The notes: generated by a model not told the origin, from the letters alone. Numbered from the stretch's first letter, positions 1-11,290 are shown. The stretch: 64,000 bases of DNA from Candidatus Nanopelagicales bacterium (GCA_018402365.1 JAGYJD010000006.1:3689-67688), one strand, 5' to 3'. Numbers and translations: made by a program.

Positions 1-754
1 CTTTTTGAAAGCTTGCCGCAATGTCGTTTACTGGCAAATCTTGATTAGTAAGTTGATGATTTTGAATCCACCTTAAAACTGCAGTTTTAACACCTGAAAA
101 AGAAAAGTCATAAGCGTGATCTTTTTGATCTTCTGGGTTAGTGAACCCTTGCGGAAATTTAATCGCTTCGGGGTTTCCGGTTTTAGCTGCTTTATCAATC
201 CACGGCCCACCCGGAAACGGCAAACCTAAAAGCCGAGCCACTTTGTCAAATGCTTCACCGGCTGCGTCATCCATGGTGCTGCCTAAAGATTGAATTGGTT
301 TTGTTAAGTCATCAACTTTCAAGATGGATGAATGTCCACCTGACACTAATAACGCTAAAGCCCCTTGCGGGATCGGTCCGTTTTCTAATTGATCTACTGC
401 AACATGGGCTGATAGATGGTTAACCCCATAAATTGGTTTATCAAGGGAAAGTGCCAAACTTTTAGCGGCTGCTACCCCAACTACTAGAGCCCCAGCTAAA
501 CCTGGACCGCTAGTGACGGCAAAAGCGTCAACATCAGTAATTTTTAATTTCGCGCGTTCTAACGCTAACTCAATGGTAGGCAGCATTGCTTCTACATGCG
601 CCCGGCTAGCAACTTCAGGTACTACCCCGCCAAAGCGAGCATGCTGTTCGACGCTAGAGGCTAAAGCATCTGAAAGCAAGGTGTTACCTTGCACGATGCC
701 AACACCAGTTTCATCGCAAGATGTTTCTATACCTAAAACAATCGGATCGCTCAT
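1..754 (-). CDS. tsaD: tRNA N6-adenosine threonylcarbamoyltransferase TsaD (C-terminus lies beyond the window edge)
   Basis: Hand translation of the minus strand from the ATG at 752-754 reads [21 protein letters not shown]..., which is Kae1/TsaD family. It is missing from the ORF track because it runs off the window. Its start overlaps the rimI stop (ATGA). Confidence 0.9.
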   Translation of the reverse strand, partial: MSDPIVLGIETSCDETGVGIVQGNTLLSDALASSVEQHARFGGVVPEVASRAHVEAMLPTIELALERAKLKITDVDAFAVTSGPGLAGALVVGVAAAKSLALSLDKPIYGVNHLSAHVAVDQLENGPIPQGALALLVSGGHSSILKVDDLTKPIQSLGSTMDDAAGEAFDKVARLLGLPFPGGPWIDKAAKTGNPEAIKFPQGFTNPEDQKDHAYDFSFSGVKTAVLRWIQNHQLTNQDLPVNDIAASFQK

Positions 755-1197
755 TGTCCCCGCCAGTCTAGTTGCATAATGATTGCGGCTTTTCCGTTTG
801 GATAATATTTTTGTCTAAGTGAAATTTGTTTAAAATCAAATTTTTTATATAGATTTATGGCGGCTTCGTTATCAAAAACTACTTCTAAAAATACGCGCCT
901 TGCTGCTGTGGTTTGAGTTTTCTCTAAAAGTTTTTTGAGTAATGTGCTAGCTAGTCCTTGTTTTTGAAATGCTGGTGCAATAACTAGAGTTTGTAAATCA
1001 GCTTCTGCCCCATTAAAGGCCATTCCGCCATAGCCAATTAATTCGGCGTCATGTTCTACCGCCAAGTAGTAGCGATTATCTTGCGCTAATTCGCCCCAAA
1101 AAGTGGCTTCACTCCAAGCGGTTTCTGAAAAAACTGCTTGCTCGATTGTTTGCGCTGGTGGGATATGCCAGTAGCGAAAATCTTTTATTTCAATCAT
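751..1197 (-). CDS. rimI: GNAT acetyltransferase, ribosomal-protein-alanine N-acetyltransferase RimI-like
   Basis: 148-aa GNAT fold. It sits in the conserved tsaB-rimI-tsaD position and has 4-nt overlaps with both neighbours. Confidence 0.8.
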   Translation of the reverse strand: MIEIKDFRYWHIPPAQTIEQAVFSETAWSEATFWGELAQDNRYYLAVEHDAELIGYGGMAFNGAEADLQTLVIAPAFQKQGLASTLLKKLLEKTQTTAARRVFLEVVFDNEAAINLYKKFDFKQISLRQKYYPNGKAAIIMQLDWRGQ

Positions 1198-1841
1198 GCT
1201 TTGGGCTTTGCATCAGGAATTCTTAAATAAAGCGGTATCGCTGGCAATAAAATATCTGTGGGTAATTTGACTTTTGCGCCATCATTTTCAGCTTCGTCTA
1301 ACAGAAAGTTTTCAACTTGTAATTTTTCATTATTTGCTAAGGCAAATTGGGCTTGCCGAATTAAATCTTCCGCCAGCGGAAACACCCCTTCAACAACCTG
1401 CTGGCTTTTAATGTCTTCACGTTTTTTAACTAAAGGGGTGCTGACCCTTTTGTTGCCTTGGTATTCAGTGGCATAAACCTCTTTGCGACGTGCGTCGGTA
1501 ACAACTGTGAAGGTGCTCTTGGGTTGGAGGTAGGCAATCGCATCATGGCTGCAGATTCCAAATAGCGGTTTTTGATTAACCATTGCCATAATTTTGGCGC
1601 TGATAATTCCTACCCTTAAACCAGTGAAGGGCCCAGGGCCTATCCCGCAAAGGTAAATATCAATATCTTTTGGAGTTAAACTTGCCTGCTTTAAAGCAGC
1701 TTGAATCAAGACGCTAGCTAACTCAGCATGACGCAGCGCATCAATTCGCGTTTCGCTGGCCAAGACTTTTTTACCTTGGCTTATCGCAATTGAGATTTGT
1801 GCGGTTGAGGTATCAATTGCTAAAAATATTGGCTCAGTCAT
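1194..1841 (-). CDS. tsaB: tRNA threonylcarbamoyladenosine biosynthesis protein TsaB
   Basis: N-terminal LAIDTSTAQISIAI motif typical of YeaZ/TsaB, in the operon context tsaE-tsaB-rimI-tsaD. Confidence 0.85.
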   Translation of the reverse strand: MTEPIFLAIDTSTAQISIAISQGKKVLASETRIDALRHAELASVLIQAALKQASLTPKDIDIYLCGIGPGPFTGLRVGIISAKIMAMVNQKPLFGICSHDAIAYLQPKSTFTVVTDARRKEVYATEYQGNKRVSTPLVKKREDIKSQQVVEGVFPLAEDLIRQAQFALANNEKLQVENFLLDEAENDGAKVKLPTDILLPAIPLYLRIPDAKPKA

Positions 1842-2293
1842 GAGGTCAAGTATTTTTCTATTTTGCTATCAGCATCAATTGTGATAGTTCGGGTATTTTC
1901 ATGTATGGGATCTGTCGAAAAATCTATTTTGATGGGGTTTTCACTTAAATCATTCATCATTTCTCGCGGCCATTCCACCACCACAATTGCGCGAGAGAGA
2001 TCGCTAACTAAATCTAGATCTTGAATTTCTGCTAAAGAATTTAATCGATAAGCATCCACGTGTAATAACGCTGGGCCGTTGGTAAGACTTGGGTGCAAGC
2101 GAGCAATTACAAAAGTTGGGCTAGTGATGGTGCCGCGCACATTTAAACTTTGGGCCATACCTTGCGTAAAGGTGGTTTTACCCGAGCCCAAATCTCCAGA
2201 AAGTAATAGCACGTCCCCAGCTTTGAGTTGCGTCGCGAGTTTTTGAGCTAATTTTTGGGTTTCTACTCGACTGGTGGTAGAGATTGAGATCAT
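1838..2293 (-). CDS. tsaE: tRNA threonylcarbamoyladenosine biosynthesis ATPase TsaE
   Basis: P-loop GDLGSGKTTF and a 151-aa length typical of the YjeE/TsaE family. Confidence 0.85.
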   Translation of the reverse strand: MISISTTSRVETQKLAQKLATQLKAGDVLLLSGDLGSGKTTFTQGMAQSLNVRGTITSPTFVIARLHPSLTNGPALLHVDAYRLNSLAEIQDLDLVSDLSRAIVVVEWPREMMNDLSENPIKIDFSTDPIHENTRTITIDADSKIEKYLTS

Positions 2294-3393
2294 TGATTTA
2301 AATAAACTCTTTTTATTCGCGTGGCTAATCTAGAAATTATTTCGTAATTGATTGTGCCCACCGCTTGCGCCCAGTCTTCAACGCTGGGAACTCCAGTAGA
2401 ACTATCACCGAATAAGGTCACTGTGGCAGCTTGATCTTGAAAATCAGCGCCAACATCTACTACAAATTGCTCCATGCAAATGCGACCTGAAATTTTATAA
2501 ATTTTGCCACCAATTGCCACCGCGGCGGCATTAGCGGCCCGGCGATCGATTCCGTCACTATAGCCAAGTGGAATTACCGCTAGGTTTGTTTGCTCTTTGG
2601 TGCGATAAGTGTGGTTATAAGAAACACCTTGCTCCGCTGCTACTGCTTTTAAATTTACAATTTTTGCTTTTAGGCTCAAGGCTGGTTTTAAGGTTAACGC
2701 TTTGGCTTTTTCAAGATTGCCACTTGGGTGCAAGCCATAAACTGAAATACCAGGCCTTACTAAATCAAAGTGGGATTGGGGCAAGTCAAGGGTGGCCATT
2801 GAATTTGCCATATGAGAAAAAATCGGTTGGTCAAAACTTTTTATAATTTCTGTAAATTTAATAATTTGCTGGTGATTAACTTCGCTACTTGGATCATCTG
2901 GAAAGGCAAAATGACTCATAATACCGGCTAAATTAACCGAAGTTGTTTGAGAAATCGCCTCAAGTAATTTTGGTAAGTCGGCTAAAGAGACTCCATTGCG
3001 ATTTAAGCCAGTATCAATCTTTAGGTGAAGATTTGCTTTTTTGTTTAATTTAGTTGCAGCAACTGCGGCCTTCTCAAGGTGCGAAAAGGTTGAAATGCCT
3101 AAATCAATATCTTTTTCAATAGCTTCGGCAAAATCGGCGGCTTGATCACCCAACCAAGTGAGAATTTTTTTGCTGTCGCCACTCTCACGAAGGGTAAGGG
3201 CTTCTTCAAAAAGTGCGGTACCCAACCATTCTGCACCCGCTTGCCGGGCTGCTTTAGAAACTTCAATCAACCCATGTCCGTAGGCATCAGCTTTAACTAC
3301 TGCCATTAATTGAGATTTTGGTGCTTGGGCTTTTATTATTTTTACGTTATGCGCGATAGCAGCTAAATCAACTTCGATCCAACGATCCATCAC
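2290..3393 (-). CDS. alr: alanine racemase
   Basis: PLP-lysine motif VVKADAYGHG near the N-terminus, 367 aa. Confidence 0.9.
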   Translation of the reverse strand: MMDRWIEVDLAAIAHNVKIIKAQAPKSQLMAVVKADAYGHGLIEVSKAARQAGAEWLGTALFEEALTLRESGDSKKILTWLGDQAADFAEAIEKDIDLGISTFSHLEKAAVAATKLNKKANLHLKIDTGLNRNGVSLADLPKLLEAISQTTSVNLAGIMSHFAFPDDPSSEVNHQQIIKFTEIIKSFDQPIFSHMANSMATLDLPQSHFDLVRPGISVYGLHPSGNLEKAKALTLKPALSLKAKIVNLKAVAAEQGVSYNHTYRTKEQTNLAVIPLGYSDGIDRRAANAAAVAIGGKIYKISGRICMEQFVVDVGADFQDQAATVTLFGDSSTGVPSVEDWAQAVGTINYEIISRLATRIKRVYLNQ

Positions 3394-4805
3394 TAATTCA
3401 CCAACTCGCTTATCGCTACCGGGATTGATTGCACCACCAAATCTAGTGCAGGGTCGGGGGCGAAGCTCTTTGCTAATTGCCCAGCCGCACCCAAAATTGC
3501 CAAGGCTAAAATTGCCGCTTGTCTTAATGAGGTATTGGGGCTGGCTGCCAAGCCTCCGATTAGTCCCGCCAAAACATCACCGCTACCGGCAGTCGCTAAG
3601 GCTTCATTGCCCGCACCGTCTATTAATACAGTCTCAAAATCTGCTCCTGCCACAATTGCCCCCGGACCTTTTAGCAAACAAATTGCCCCAGTAACTTGAG
3701 CGAGTGATTTAGCAAGCTGAATTCGATCTTGGGTGAAAGGAATTTTTAGTGCCAGACATAGGTCATGGGCTTCTTTTTCGTGTGGAGTTATTAAAACTTG
3801 AATCTTTTCTTTTTCAATTAGTCTTTGTACTGGCTTAAGAGTGAGTAATCCAATAGCAGTGGCATCAAGTATTAGTTTTTTACAACCTGAAATAAATTGC
3901 AAGTAGTTTTTTGCATAACTTGATTGACCCGGGCCGAGTACTGCCGCGGTAACCTTACTTTTGTTACTCTCGCCATAAACTACTTGTGGCAGTTTTTTAA
4001 TTAAGCTCTCACTAGCATCACCTTGATAAGTAATCATCCCAACACCAGATTCAATAGCCCCTTGCAAAGTCAAAAGTGCTGCACCTGGGTATTTTTTACT
4101 ACCGGCATTTATAGCCACTACTCCTTTTGAATACTTATGGCTTGCCGCTGACCTTCTGGGGTACAAAGTTGTTAACTGTTCCTCGGTTGGAATTAGTGCC
4201 ACTGGAGTAAATTTTTTTAGATAAGGCATTAAGCCAATATCAACGAAATGAAGTTTTCCACAAAAACGTTTGGCTTTTCCAGTGACTAGGCCGGTCTTTA
4301 AAGCACCAAAAGTTACGGTGTAGTCGGCTTTAACAACAAAATTTTCATCAAAAACTTCGCCGGTATCGGGGTTTATTCCACTCGGTAGATCGACGGCAAC
4401 TACCACCGCATTTTTAGAAACAACTGAAAAAAGACTTGCCGCACTTTTACCAATCGGTGAATTACTGCCCAATCCCACTATGCCATCTAGTACCACGTTA
4501 GCGGTGGCAATTATTTTTTTTGAGTTTTCCCCATCCTCGCCCTGGTTGATCGCGATAAATTCAAAACCTTTTTGCTTTAAGTACTCACCCGCTACTAGGC
4601 AATCTTCACCATTGTTTCCTTTACCAATTATTGCAACAACTCGGGTTTGATTTGGTGTGAGTTCGCTATGGCGAATCAACTGAGCGATAAAGCTAGCTAA
4701 GCCAAATGCCGCCCGCTCCATTAGCGCCCGGTTAGGTAATTTATTAATTAAAGTTTTTTCGGCTTCGCGAATATCGGCAACACTAAAAATTAGATTTTGC
4801 GACAC
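3393..4805 (-). CDS. nnr: bifunctional NAD(P)H-hydrate repair enzyme (epimerase/dehydratase)
   Basis: 470 aa with a YjeF_N-like N-terminal half and a carbohydrate-kinase-like C-terminal half containing GSGDVLAG. GTG start. Confidence 0.85.
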   Translation of the reverse strand: MSQNLIFSVADIREAEKTLINKLPNRALMERAAFGLASFIAQLIRHSELTPNQTRVVAIIGKGNNGEDCLVAGEYLKQKGFEFIAINQGEDGENSKKIIATANVVLDGIVGLGSNSPIGKSAASLFSVVSKNAVVVAVDLPSGINPDTGEVFDENFVVKADYTVTFGALKTGLVTGKAKRFCGKLHFVDIGLMPYLKKFTPVALIPTEEQLTTLYPRRSAASHKYSKGVVAINAGSKKYPGAALLTLQGAIESGVGMITYQGDASESLIKKLPQVVYGESNKSKVTAAVLGPGQSSYAKNYLQFISGCKKLILDATAIGLLTLKPVQRLIEKEKIQVLITPHEKEAHDLCLALKIPFTQDRIQLAKSLAQVTGAICLLKGPGAIVAGADFETVLIDGAGNEALATAGSGDVLAGLIGGLAASPNTSLRQAAILALAILGAAGQLAKSFAPDPALDLVVQSIPVAISELVN

Positions 4806-4824
4806 CGACTTACTCTTTCTTTAC

Positions 4825-5196
4825 TTAAACGTTTTCGGCAATTACAAAGGCAGTGGCGATAGCCCCGTCGTGGGAGAGCGATAAATGCCAACGCGTGATG
4901 TTTTGCTCTTTAGAAGTTTCTAAAACTGTGCCTGAAATTTCGAGATAAGGCTTTCCTCTTTCGCCCACCAAAACTTCGCAATCGTGCCAACGCAATCCAG
5001 CCGGTGCACCGAGTGCTTTAGCCACGGCTTCTTTGGCGGCAAACCGAGCAGCTTGTGAGACGGTATTTTCACCCTTGCCACCAGGTTGATTCAGCTCTCG
5101 CTCGCTAAAAAGACGAGCAGCCAGTCCAGGAGTACGCACTAAAGATCCAGCAAAACGAGGCATATCAACTACGTCAACACCAATTCCGATAATCAA
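4825..5196 (-). CDS. acpS: holo-[acyl-carrier-protein] synthase
   Basis: 123 aa with an IGIGVDVV N-terminus. TTG start preceded by AGGAGG. Confidence 0.85.
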   Translation of the reverse strand: MIIGIGVDVVDMPRFAGSLVRTPGLAARLFSERELNQPGGKGENTVSQAARFAAKEAVAKALGAPAGLRWHDCEVLVGERGKPYLEISGTVLETSKEQNITRWHLSLSHDGAIATAFVIAENV

Positions 5197-5212
5197 AATT
5201 ACCTCCTGCTCG

Positions 5213-7060
5213 CTATTCCACCGTGACGCTTTTAGCTAAATTTCTTGGCTGGTCCACATCGTGCCCCTTAACCTTAGCCAATTGGGCAGCAAAAACTTGC
5301 AAGGGAACAGTGGCCACTAAAGGCTGCAGCAAACTAGGAACTTTTGGCAAGCGAATTACCTGATCGGCATAAAGGCTCACCACTTCATCACCAGCTTCGG
5401 CCAATGCCACCACGCTGGCACCGCGCGCTTTAACTTCTTGAATATTAGAAATAATTTTTTCGTGCAAAATCGGATCGTGCTCCAAGGAAGGAACAATGAC
5501 TATCACAGGGCTGCCTGCTTCAATCAAAGCAATCGGCCCATGCTTAAGTTCACCTGCCGCAAATCCTTCAGCGTGCATATATGCCAATTCTTTTAGCTTC
5601 AAGGCACCCTCTAAAGCCACAGGGTAGCCAGCTTGCCGCCCAATAAACAAAATACTTTTTGCTGATTTATATTTTTCAGCAATTTCTTTTACCTGCGGCA
5701 TCGTGTCAAGCACTACGTCAATTGCATGGGACATATCTAAAATATCTTCTAATACTTTTTTAATTTCAGACGTTTGCGTAACTGCTTTAACTTGCGCTAA
5801 ATAAAGTGCTAATAATTCAACCGCTACTACTTGAGTTAAAAAAGCTTTGGTACTAGCAACCGCCACCTCGGGGCCCGCACGAGTGTAAAGCACTGCGTCA
5901 GCTTCTCTGCCTAGCGTTGAGCCTTGGGTATTAGTTATGGCCAATACTTTCGCCCCTTGTTCTTTGGCGTGCTTTACCGCCATCAAGGTATCCATGGTTT
6001 CGCCAGACTGACTTATCGCCACCACTAAAGATTCTTTATCCAAAATTGGGTCGCGATAGCGAAATTCGCTAGCAATTTCGGCTTCGCTAGGTAGGCGGGT
6101 CCATCTTTCAACGGCATACTTGCCGATTAATCCGGCGTGAAAGGCAGTTCCGCAGGCAATAAAAACAACTTTTTTAATTTCTTTAATAGTTTCATCACTT
6201 ATCTGAAAATCAGAAAAATTTAAAATTCCTTTTTCATTAATTCGACCAGCTAAGGTATCTCGTACCGCTTGCGGTTGTTCAGCGATTTCTTTTAGCATAA
6301 AGAGCTCATACCCGCCCTTTTCTGCCGCGCTAATATCCCAATCAATCTCGTATTCTTTAAATAAAGCGTCGCTACCGTCAAAATTAATAATTTTTATACT
6401 TTCGCTAGTTAACTCAACGATTTGATCTTGTCCTAATTCAATTGCAGATTTAGTATGTGAAATAAAAGCTGAAACATCTGATGCTAAAAAGTTCTCACCT
6501 ATTCCTCTACCCACTACCAGTGGTGAGTTTCTTCTGGCACCAACCAATAGATCTGGTTCTTCAGAGCTAATTGCCACCAAGGTAAAAGCACCTCTTAATC
6601 GTGAAACCACCTGCTGCATAGCTTTAGTTAAACTTTTGGTTTTTGGGTATTCGCTAGCTAAAAGGTGAGCCACTACCTCAGTATCGGTATCGCTGGCGAG
6701 GTTAGTTCCGGTCGCTTCTAACTCGGCTCTTAATTGGGCAAAGTTTTCGATGATTCCGTTGTGAATCACGGCAAATTTTTGGTCTTGGTCTAAATGAGGA
6801 TGAGCGTTTATATCGTTGGGAATCCCATGCGTAGCCCACCGCGTATGCCCGATCGCGCAAGTTGAACTGGGTAAGGGATCGTCCCCTAATAAACTTTCAA
6901 GCTTTGTAAGTTTGCCAGCTTTTTTTCTTACCTTTAATTTATTTTCACTTACTACCGCGACCCCAGCTGAATCGTATCCGCGATATTCCAATCGCCTGAG
7001 TCCGTCCACCACGACGCTAAGCGCTTGTTTGCTACCTACGTAACCAACGATTCCGCACAT
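5213..7060 (-). CDS. glmS: glutamine--fructose-6-phosphate aminotransferase
   Basis: Starts MCGIVGY (Ntn cysteine), carries two SIS domains and ends ...AKSVTVE. 615 aa. Confidence 0.95.
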   Translation of the reverse strand: MCGIVGYVGSKQALSVVVDGLRRLEYRGYDSAGVAVVSENKLKVRKKAGKLTKLESLLGDDPLPSSTCAIGHTRWATHGIPNDINAHPHLDQDQKFAVIHNGIIENFAQLRAELEATGTNLASDTDTEVVAHLLASEYPKTKSLTKAMQQVVSRLRGAFTLVAISSEEPDLLVGARRNSPLVVGRGIGENFLASDVSAFISHTKSAIELGQDQIVELTSESIKIINFDGSDALFKEYEIDWDISAAEKGGYELFMLKEIAEQPQAVRDTLAGRINEKGILNFSDFQISDETIKEIKKVVFIACGTAFHAGLIGKYAVERWTRLPSEAEIASEFRYRDPILDKESLVVAISQSGETMDTLMAVKHAKEQGAKVLAITNTQGSTLGREADAVLYTRAGPEVAVASTKAFLTQVVAVELLALYLAQVKAVTQTSEIKKVLEDILDMSHAIDVVLDTMPQVKEIAEKYKSAKSILFIGRQAGYPVALEGALKLKELAYMHAEGFAAGELKHGPIALIEAGSPVIVIVPSLEHDPILHEKIISNIQEVKARGASVVALAEAGDEVVSLYADQVIRLPKVPSLLQPLVATVPLQVFAAQLAKVKGHDVDQPRNLAKSVTVE

Positions 7061-7078
7061 TTGCCACTCAGCCTAGGG

Positions 7079-7354
7079 CTAAGTGACGTCAGAAGAGTAA
7101 TTTTTATCGTTGCGCGTTGTCTCTGGTTTTTCGTTCAAAACATCAGAGGCAATATTTTTTGGATTAAATTGGCCTAGAGTTCCGTTTAAATCCTTCAAGC
7201 CAGCACTCTCGACTATGTCATCTCTGGCCTTGGTGGCGGTGGTGCGAAACTGATTAAAAAGTTTCACCGCTGAGCGAACAAATTCAGGCAGTTTTTCTGG
7301 GCCCAAAACCAAAAGGCCCAAGACTCCCAGTACCAAAATCTCGCCGAATCCCAT
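7079..7354 (-). CDS. tatB: twin-arginine translocase TatA/B-family protein, TatB-like
   Basis: N-terminus GEILVLGVLGLLVLGPEKLPEF (TM helix plus hinge plus amphipathic helix), matching the Tat A/B signature. It is distinct from the tatA gene next to tatC. Confidence 0.6.
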   Translation of the reverse strand: MGFGEILVLGVLGLLVLGPEKLPEFVRSAVKLFNQFRTTATKARDDIVESAGLKDLNGTLGQFNPKNIASDVLNEKPETTRNDKNYSSDVT

Positions 7355-7363
7355 TTCTCAACC

Positions 7364-8704
7364 CTACAACGGACAACTGGCTTTGACTACTGCCGCCAAA
7401 TCTTCACAGACTTTTTGCGCTGTTTGGTCGCTTTCAGCCTCAACCATGACGCGAATTACCGGCTCGGTTCCACTCGCGCGCAGTAATACCCGCCCCTTGT
7501 CTTGCAGTTGACCCTCTACTATTTTTATTTTTTCTTGTAAATGCTCATTTTGAATTTTTGCCTTATCGACCTGTGCCACGTTGATTAAAACTTGTGGGTA
7601 TTTAGTAACGGCCTTCGCTAATTCTTTCAAAGATTTTTCTTGGCTGTTCACCTGCTGCATTAAATGTAGAGCGGTCAATAAGCCATCGCCAGTGCTTGAG
7701 AATTTTCTTAAAATAATATGCCCAGATTGCTCACCACCGAGCTGATAGTCGTTTTTTTCCATCTCTTCTAAAACGTAGCGATCCCCTACTTGCGTTGTGA
7801 TGATGTTAATTTTGTTGGCTTTCATGGCATTGGTGAATCCCAGGTTTGCCATAACTGTGCTTACTACCGTGTTATGTTTTAAGCGATCTTGAGATTTCAA
7901 TGCGATTGCTAATATCGCCAAGATGTGATCCCCATCCACCAAATTACCTTCGCTATCAACTGCCAAGCAGCGATCTGCGTCCCCATCGTGAGAAATCCCT
8001 AAATCAAATTTACCTTCTTTAACGACTTTTCTAATTTCATCTATATGAGTGGATCCACAATCGCGATTTATATTCCAACCATCAGCTTGTGCGTGTATCG
8101 CAAAAACATTAGCGCCCGCTCTTTTGTAAACTTCTGGGGCAATTTCACTCGCGGCTCCGTTAGCGCAATCCACCGCAATATTTAAGCCCTGAAGTGAAAA
8201 TGGCTCAATGGTATTGAGCAGATAAGCAATGTATGCCTCTTCCGCATCGATTAAACCTTTGACTCGACCAATCGCTTCACCAACGGGTGAGGCAAATTTT
8301 TGGTTCATCAAACTTTCAATTTCATCTTCTAATTTTTCGCTAAGTTTGTGGCCATTTTTGTCAAAAATTTTGATGCCGTTATCTTGCATCGGATTATGTG
8401 AAGCTGAAATAACAAATCCAGCATCAGCTGCGTAATAAGTGACTAAATATGAAACTGCCGGTGTGGGTACGATCCCAGCGAGCAATACATCAACGCCCAC
8501 TGAAGTTAAGCCTGCGATTAAAGCGGCTTCTAACATCTCACCACTCGCGCGCGGGTCACGGCCGATTACAACTTTTGGTTTGTGATCTTTAGTGTGATCG
8601 ATTAAAACTCGGGCGGTAGCTTTGCCTAAATTTAAGGCCAACTCTGAGGTTAGTTCAGTGTTTGCAACTCCTCGAACACCATCGGTGCCGAATAGCCGAC
8701 CCAT
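7364..8704 (-). CDS. glmM: phosphoglucosamine mutase
   Basis: Phosphoserine loop ISASHNPMQDNGIK, 446 aa, in the conserved rplM-rpsI-glmM order. Confidence 0.95.
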   Translation of the reverse strand: MGRLFGTDGVRGVANTELTSELALNLGKATARVLIDHTKDHKPKVVIGRDPRASGEMLEAALIAGLTSVGVDVLLAGIVPTPAVSYLVTYYAADAGFVISASHNPMQDNGIKIFDKNGHKLSEKLEDEIESLMNQKFASPVGEAIGRVKGLIDAEEAYIAYLLNTIEPFSLQGLNIAVDCANGAASEIAPEVYKRAGANVFAIHAQADGWNINRDCGSTHIDEIRKVVKEGKFDLGISHDGDADRCLAVDSEGNLVDGDHILAILAIALKSQDRLKHNTVVSTVMANLGFTNAMKANKINIITTQVGDRYVLEEMEKNDYQLGGEQSGHIILRKFSSTGDGLLTALHLMQQVNSQEKSLKELAKAVTKYPQVLINVAQVDKAKIQNEHLQEKIKIVEGQLQDKGRVLLRASGTEPVIRVMVEAESDQTAQKVCEDLAAVVKASCPL

Positions 8705-8707
8705 TGA

Positions 8708-9166
8708 TTAACGCTTCGAGTACTGTGGCGCCTTACGGGCTTTCTTTAAACCAGCTTTCTTACGCTCTTTAATGCGAGCGTCGCGGGTTAAAAATCCAGC
8801 CTTCTTAAGCGTTGCTCGATTTGTATCAAGATCAATTTCATTTAACGCTCTGGCGATTCCTAAACGTAATGCTCCGGCTTGACCACTTGGTCCACCACCG
8901 TGAATGTGAGCAATGATGTCAAATTTGCCATCTACTGATACTGCTTTTAAAGGCTCAGTAATAATTTGTTGGTGAACGCGGTTTGGAAAGTAAACAGCTA
9001 GCTCTTTTCCGTTAACAGTCCAGTTGCCGTTACCTGGCATTAAGCGCACGCGAGCGATTGCTTCTTTACGACGACCGGTTCCAGCACCATTGGCGATTTT
9101 TCCGGTGGTAAAAGTTTTTACACCAGCTGATTCGCTGGATGCGTAAGTTTCTGAATTTTCAGCCAC
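8708..9166 (-). CDS. rpsI: 30S ribosomal protein S9
   Basis: Typical S9 C-terminus ...[12 protein letters not shown]. Confidence 0.95.
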   Translation of the reverse strand: MAENSETYASSESAGVKTFTTGKIANGAGTGRRKEAIARVRLMPGNGNWTVNGKELAVYFPNRVHQQIITEPLKAVSVDGKFDIIAHIHGGGPSGQAGALRLGIARALNEIDLDTNRATLKKAGFLTRDARIKERKKAGLKKARKAPQYSKR

Positions 9167-9176
9167 AGTTATTCTC

Positions 9177-9629
9177 CTAATTGGCTATCTGTGCGACTTG
9201 ATTAATTTCGTAAGTTTTTGGAGCTTGTGCTGCGTGAGGATGAGTAGCACCTGTATAAATTTTTAGTTTCTTAATCATTTGCCGACCGAGCGTATTGTGA
9301 GGCAACATTCCCTTGATTGCTTTTTCAATAGCTTTCTCTGGATTGTTAGTTAACAATTCTTCATATCCAGTTGCGGTTAAACCACCTGGAAAACCTGAGT
9401 GACGAAATGCTTGCTTTTGGACGGCTTTGTTTCCGGTCATAGCAACTTTTTCAGCGTTGATAATGATTACAAAATCCCCAGTGTCTACATGCGGAGCAAA
9501 AATTGGCTTATGCTTACCGCGCAAAAGTTTGGCAGCGGTGGTTGCTAAACGGCCTAAAACCACATCGTTGGCGTCAATCACGTGCCAAGCACGAGTGACT
9601 TGCCCAGTCTTGGGTTGAAAAGTCTGCAC
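9177..9629 (-). CDS. rplM: 50S ribosomal protein L13
   Basis: The L13 core starts at [20 protein letters not shown]. The GTG at 9627-9629 is preceded by AAGGGAAA. The 31-aa extension in the ORF track (to 9722) has no L13 counterpart. Confidence 0.88.
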   Translation of the reverse strand: MQTFQPKTGQVTRAWHVIDANDVVLGRLATTAAKLLRGKHKPIFAPHVDTGDFVIIINAEKVAMTGNKAVQKQAFRHSGFPGGLTATGYEELLTNNPEKAIEKAIKGMLPHNTLGRQMIKKLKIYTGATHPHAAQAPKTYEINQVAQIAN

Positions 9630-9755
9630 TATTTCCCTTACTTGCTTGTTTCGTTGGTGAGGTTGTTTCGAGGTACCTAACGCCCCACGAACTAACCGAA
9701 CTGCAAGAATACCTAAAGCCAAGCGCCCTGAGAGCCTTGGGGGTTAAGGAGACTG

Positions 9756-10526
9756 GTGACACTTCCACTCGAGTTGGGAGTGGTGGGTTTTTTAGTCGCC
9801 GCCTTAGCCACTTTTTTGATTGGGCTAGCAAAAAGCGCTCTTCCCGCCGCTGCCACCATGCCAGTTGGCGTGATGGCCTTGGTTTTACCCCCCAAAGTCT
9901 CAATCGGAGCAATTTTGCCGCTTTTGATTTTAGGTGACCTAGTGGCGCTTTATGCCTATCGAAAAACTACCGATTGGTCGGTTTTACGAAGGCTGACCCC
10001 TTGGATTTTAATTGGATTTTTAATTGGTTATGTATTTTTGGACCGCGCCTCAAGTAGAGAAGTGGGATACGCAATCGGTTTGATTTTGATCTTTTCTAGT
10101 TTTTGGGAATTAAACAAAAAAAGAATCAACTTAGAAATCATACCTTGGGACGATCGCGCCGGTCCTAAAAAAACTTTGATCACTTCTATTACTGGAGTTT
10201 TAATTGGTGCGCTTTCGATGAGTGCAAATGCCTCTGGGCCAATTATGGCAGTTTATTTAATAAAGGTTCGCTTACCAATTTTGATATTCATGGGTACTAC
10301 CAGCTGGGCATTTTTCATTATTAATGTCAGCAAAGTTCCTTTTAACGTAGCCTTAGGACTGATTAGTGCTGAGACATTATTATTTGGCCTAGTAATGAGC
10401 CCTTTAATTCTGGTAGGTGGCTTATGGGGCCAGCGCTTAATTAAGAAACTAAACCAGGATAAATTTGAAAAATTCGCGCTATATTCAACATTGTTAGCGG
10501 GATTGTTACTATTCATCCCAAGATAG
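9756..10526 (+). CDS. TSUP-family (TauE/SafE, DUF81) anion exporter membrane protein
   Basis: A polytopic membrane protein of about 8 TM helices with a TauE-like repeat organisation. GTG start 4 nt after AAGGAG. Confidence 0.7.
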   Translation: MTLPLELGVVGFLVAALATFLIGLAKSALPAAATMPVGVMALVLPPKVSIGAILPLLILGDLVALYAYRKTTDWSVLRRLTPWILIGFLIGYVFLDRASSREVGYAIGLILIFSSFWELNKKRINLEIIPWDDRAGPKKTLITSITGVLIGALSMSANASGPIMAVYLIKVRLPILIFMGTTSWAFFIINVSKVPFNVALGLISAETLLFGLVMSPLILVGGLWGQRLIKKLNQDKFEKFALYSTLLAGLLLFIPR

Positions 10527-10567
10527 AAAGGCCTTATGAAAGCTAATATAGGAGCCAACTATTTGAG

Positions 10568-11290
10568 TTGGGTAGAGATCAAATGAAAGAATTTTCGCAG
10601 TTCATTCGCAGTCGTCGCTCAATTAGAGACTTTAAACCTGATCCGATCCAGCGAGAATTATTAGAAGCAGTTCTGGAAGACGCCAAATGGTCTCCAAGTT
10701 GGAGTAATACCCATCCTTATTTTTTGGCAATTGCTGAAGGTGAGAAATTAACTGCAATTAAAAATGAGTTGTTAGAACTTTTTGATATTGCCTACCCCGC
10801 GGTAGTTGGTAGTAAATGGAAGAAATTTAAGTTATTTTTTACTCGCCCGGGATGGCCTGATGGTGATTACCGTACTTATTTCAAGTATCCAGCTAGATTG
10901 CAAAAATTTCGCATTGCTACCGGTAAAGCTCTTTATGATTTCTTAAAAATTGAACGAGGGGATGCAAAAGCAAAAGAGTTGCAGTGGCGCAAAAATTATG
11001 AATTCTTTAATGCTCCTTGTGTAGTTTTTGTGTTTGTTCACGGCAAAATGCGCGAATACTCAATTTTAGATGCGGGCATCTATTTACAATCATTCATGCT
11101 CGCTGCTGAAGCTCATGGTTTAGGTACTTGCGCACAAGGAACGCTAGCCACTTGGGCTGGACCGATTAGAAAGCACTTTGAAATTCCTGAAGACTATAAA
11201 TTAATAGTGGGAGTTTCAGTTGGATATAAATCTGATGCCGCTATTAATACCTTTAATGCTGGACGGCGAGATTTAGATTTAAGTTTTTAA
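10568..11290 (+). CDS. nitroreductase-family oxidoreductase
   Basis: N-terminal RRSIRDF motif typical of the FMN nitroreductase fold. The start is uncertain (TTG at 10568 or ATG at 10583). Confidence 0.75.
   Translation: MGRDQMKEFSQFIRSRRSIRDFKPDPIQRELLEAVLEDAKWSPSWSNTHPYFLAIAEGEKLTAIKNELLELFDIAYPAVVGSKWKKFKLFFTRPGWPDGDYRTYFKYPARLQKFRIATGKALYDFLKIERGDAKAKELQWRKNYEFFNAPCVVFVFVHGKMREYSILDAGIYLQSFMLAAEAHGLGTCAQGTLATWAGPIRKHFEIPEDYKLIVGVSVGYKSDAAINTFNAGRRDLDLSF

Noticed and set aside
7061-7078. A glmS ribozyme upstream of glmS.
   Set aside because: Only 18 nt separate the glmS start from the preceding gene, so there is no room for the roughly 170-nt ribozyme.
9574-9912. A 112-aa minus-strand ORF and the 31-aa N-terminal extension of rplM (9630-9722).
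   Set aside because: L13 homology begins at the GTG at 9629, which has an SD sequence. The extension and the 112-aa ORF are Arg/Leu-rich, match no family, and overlap the start of the TSUP gene.
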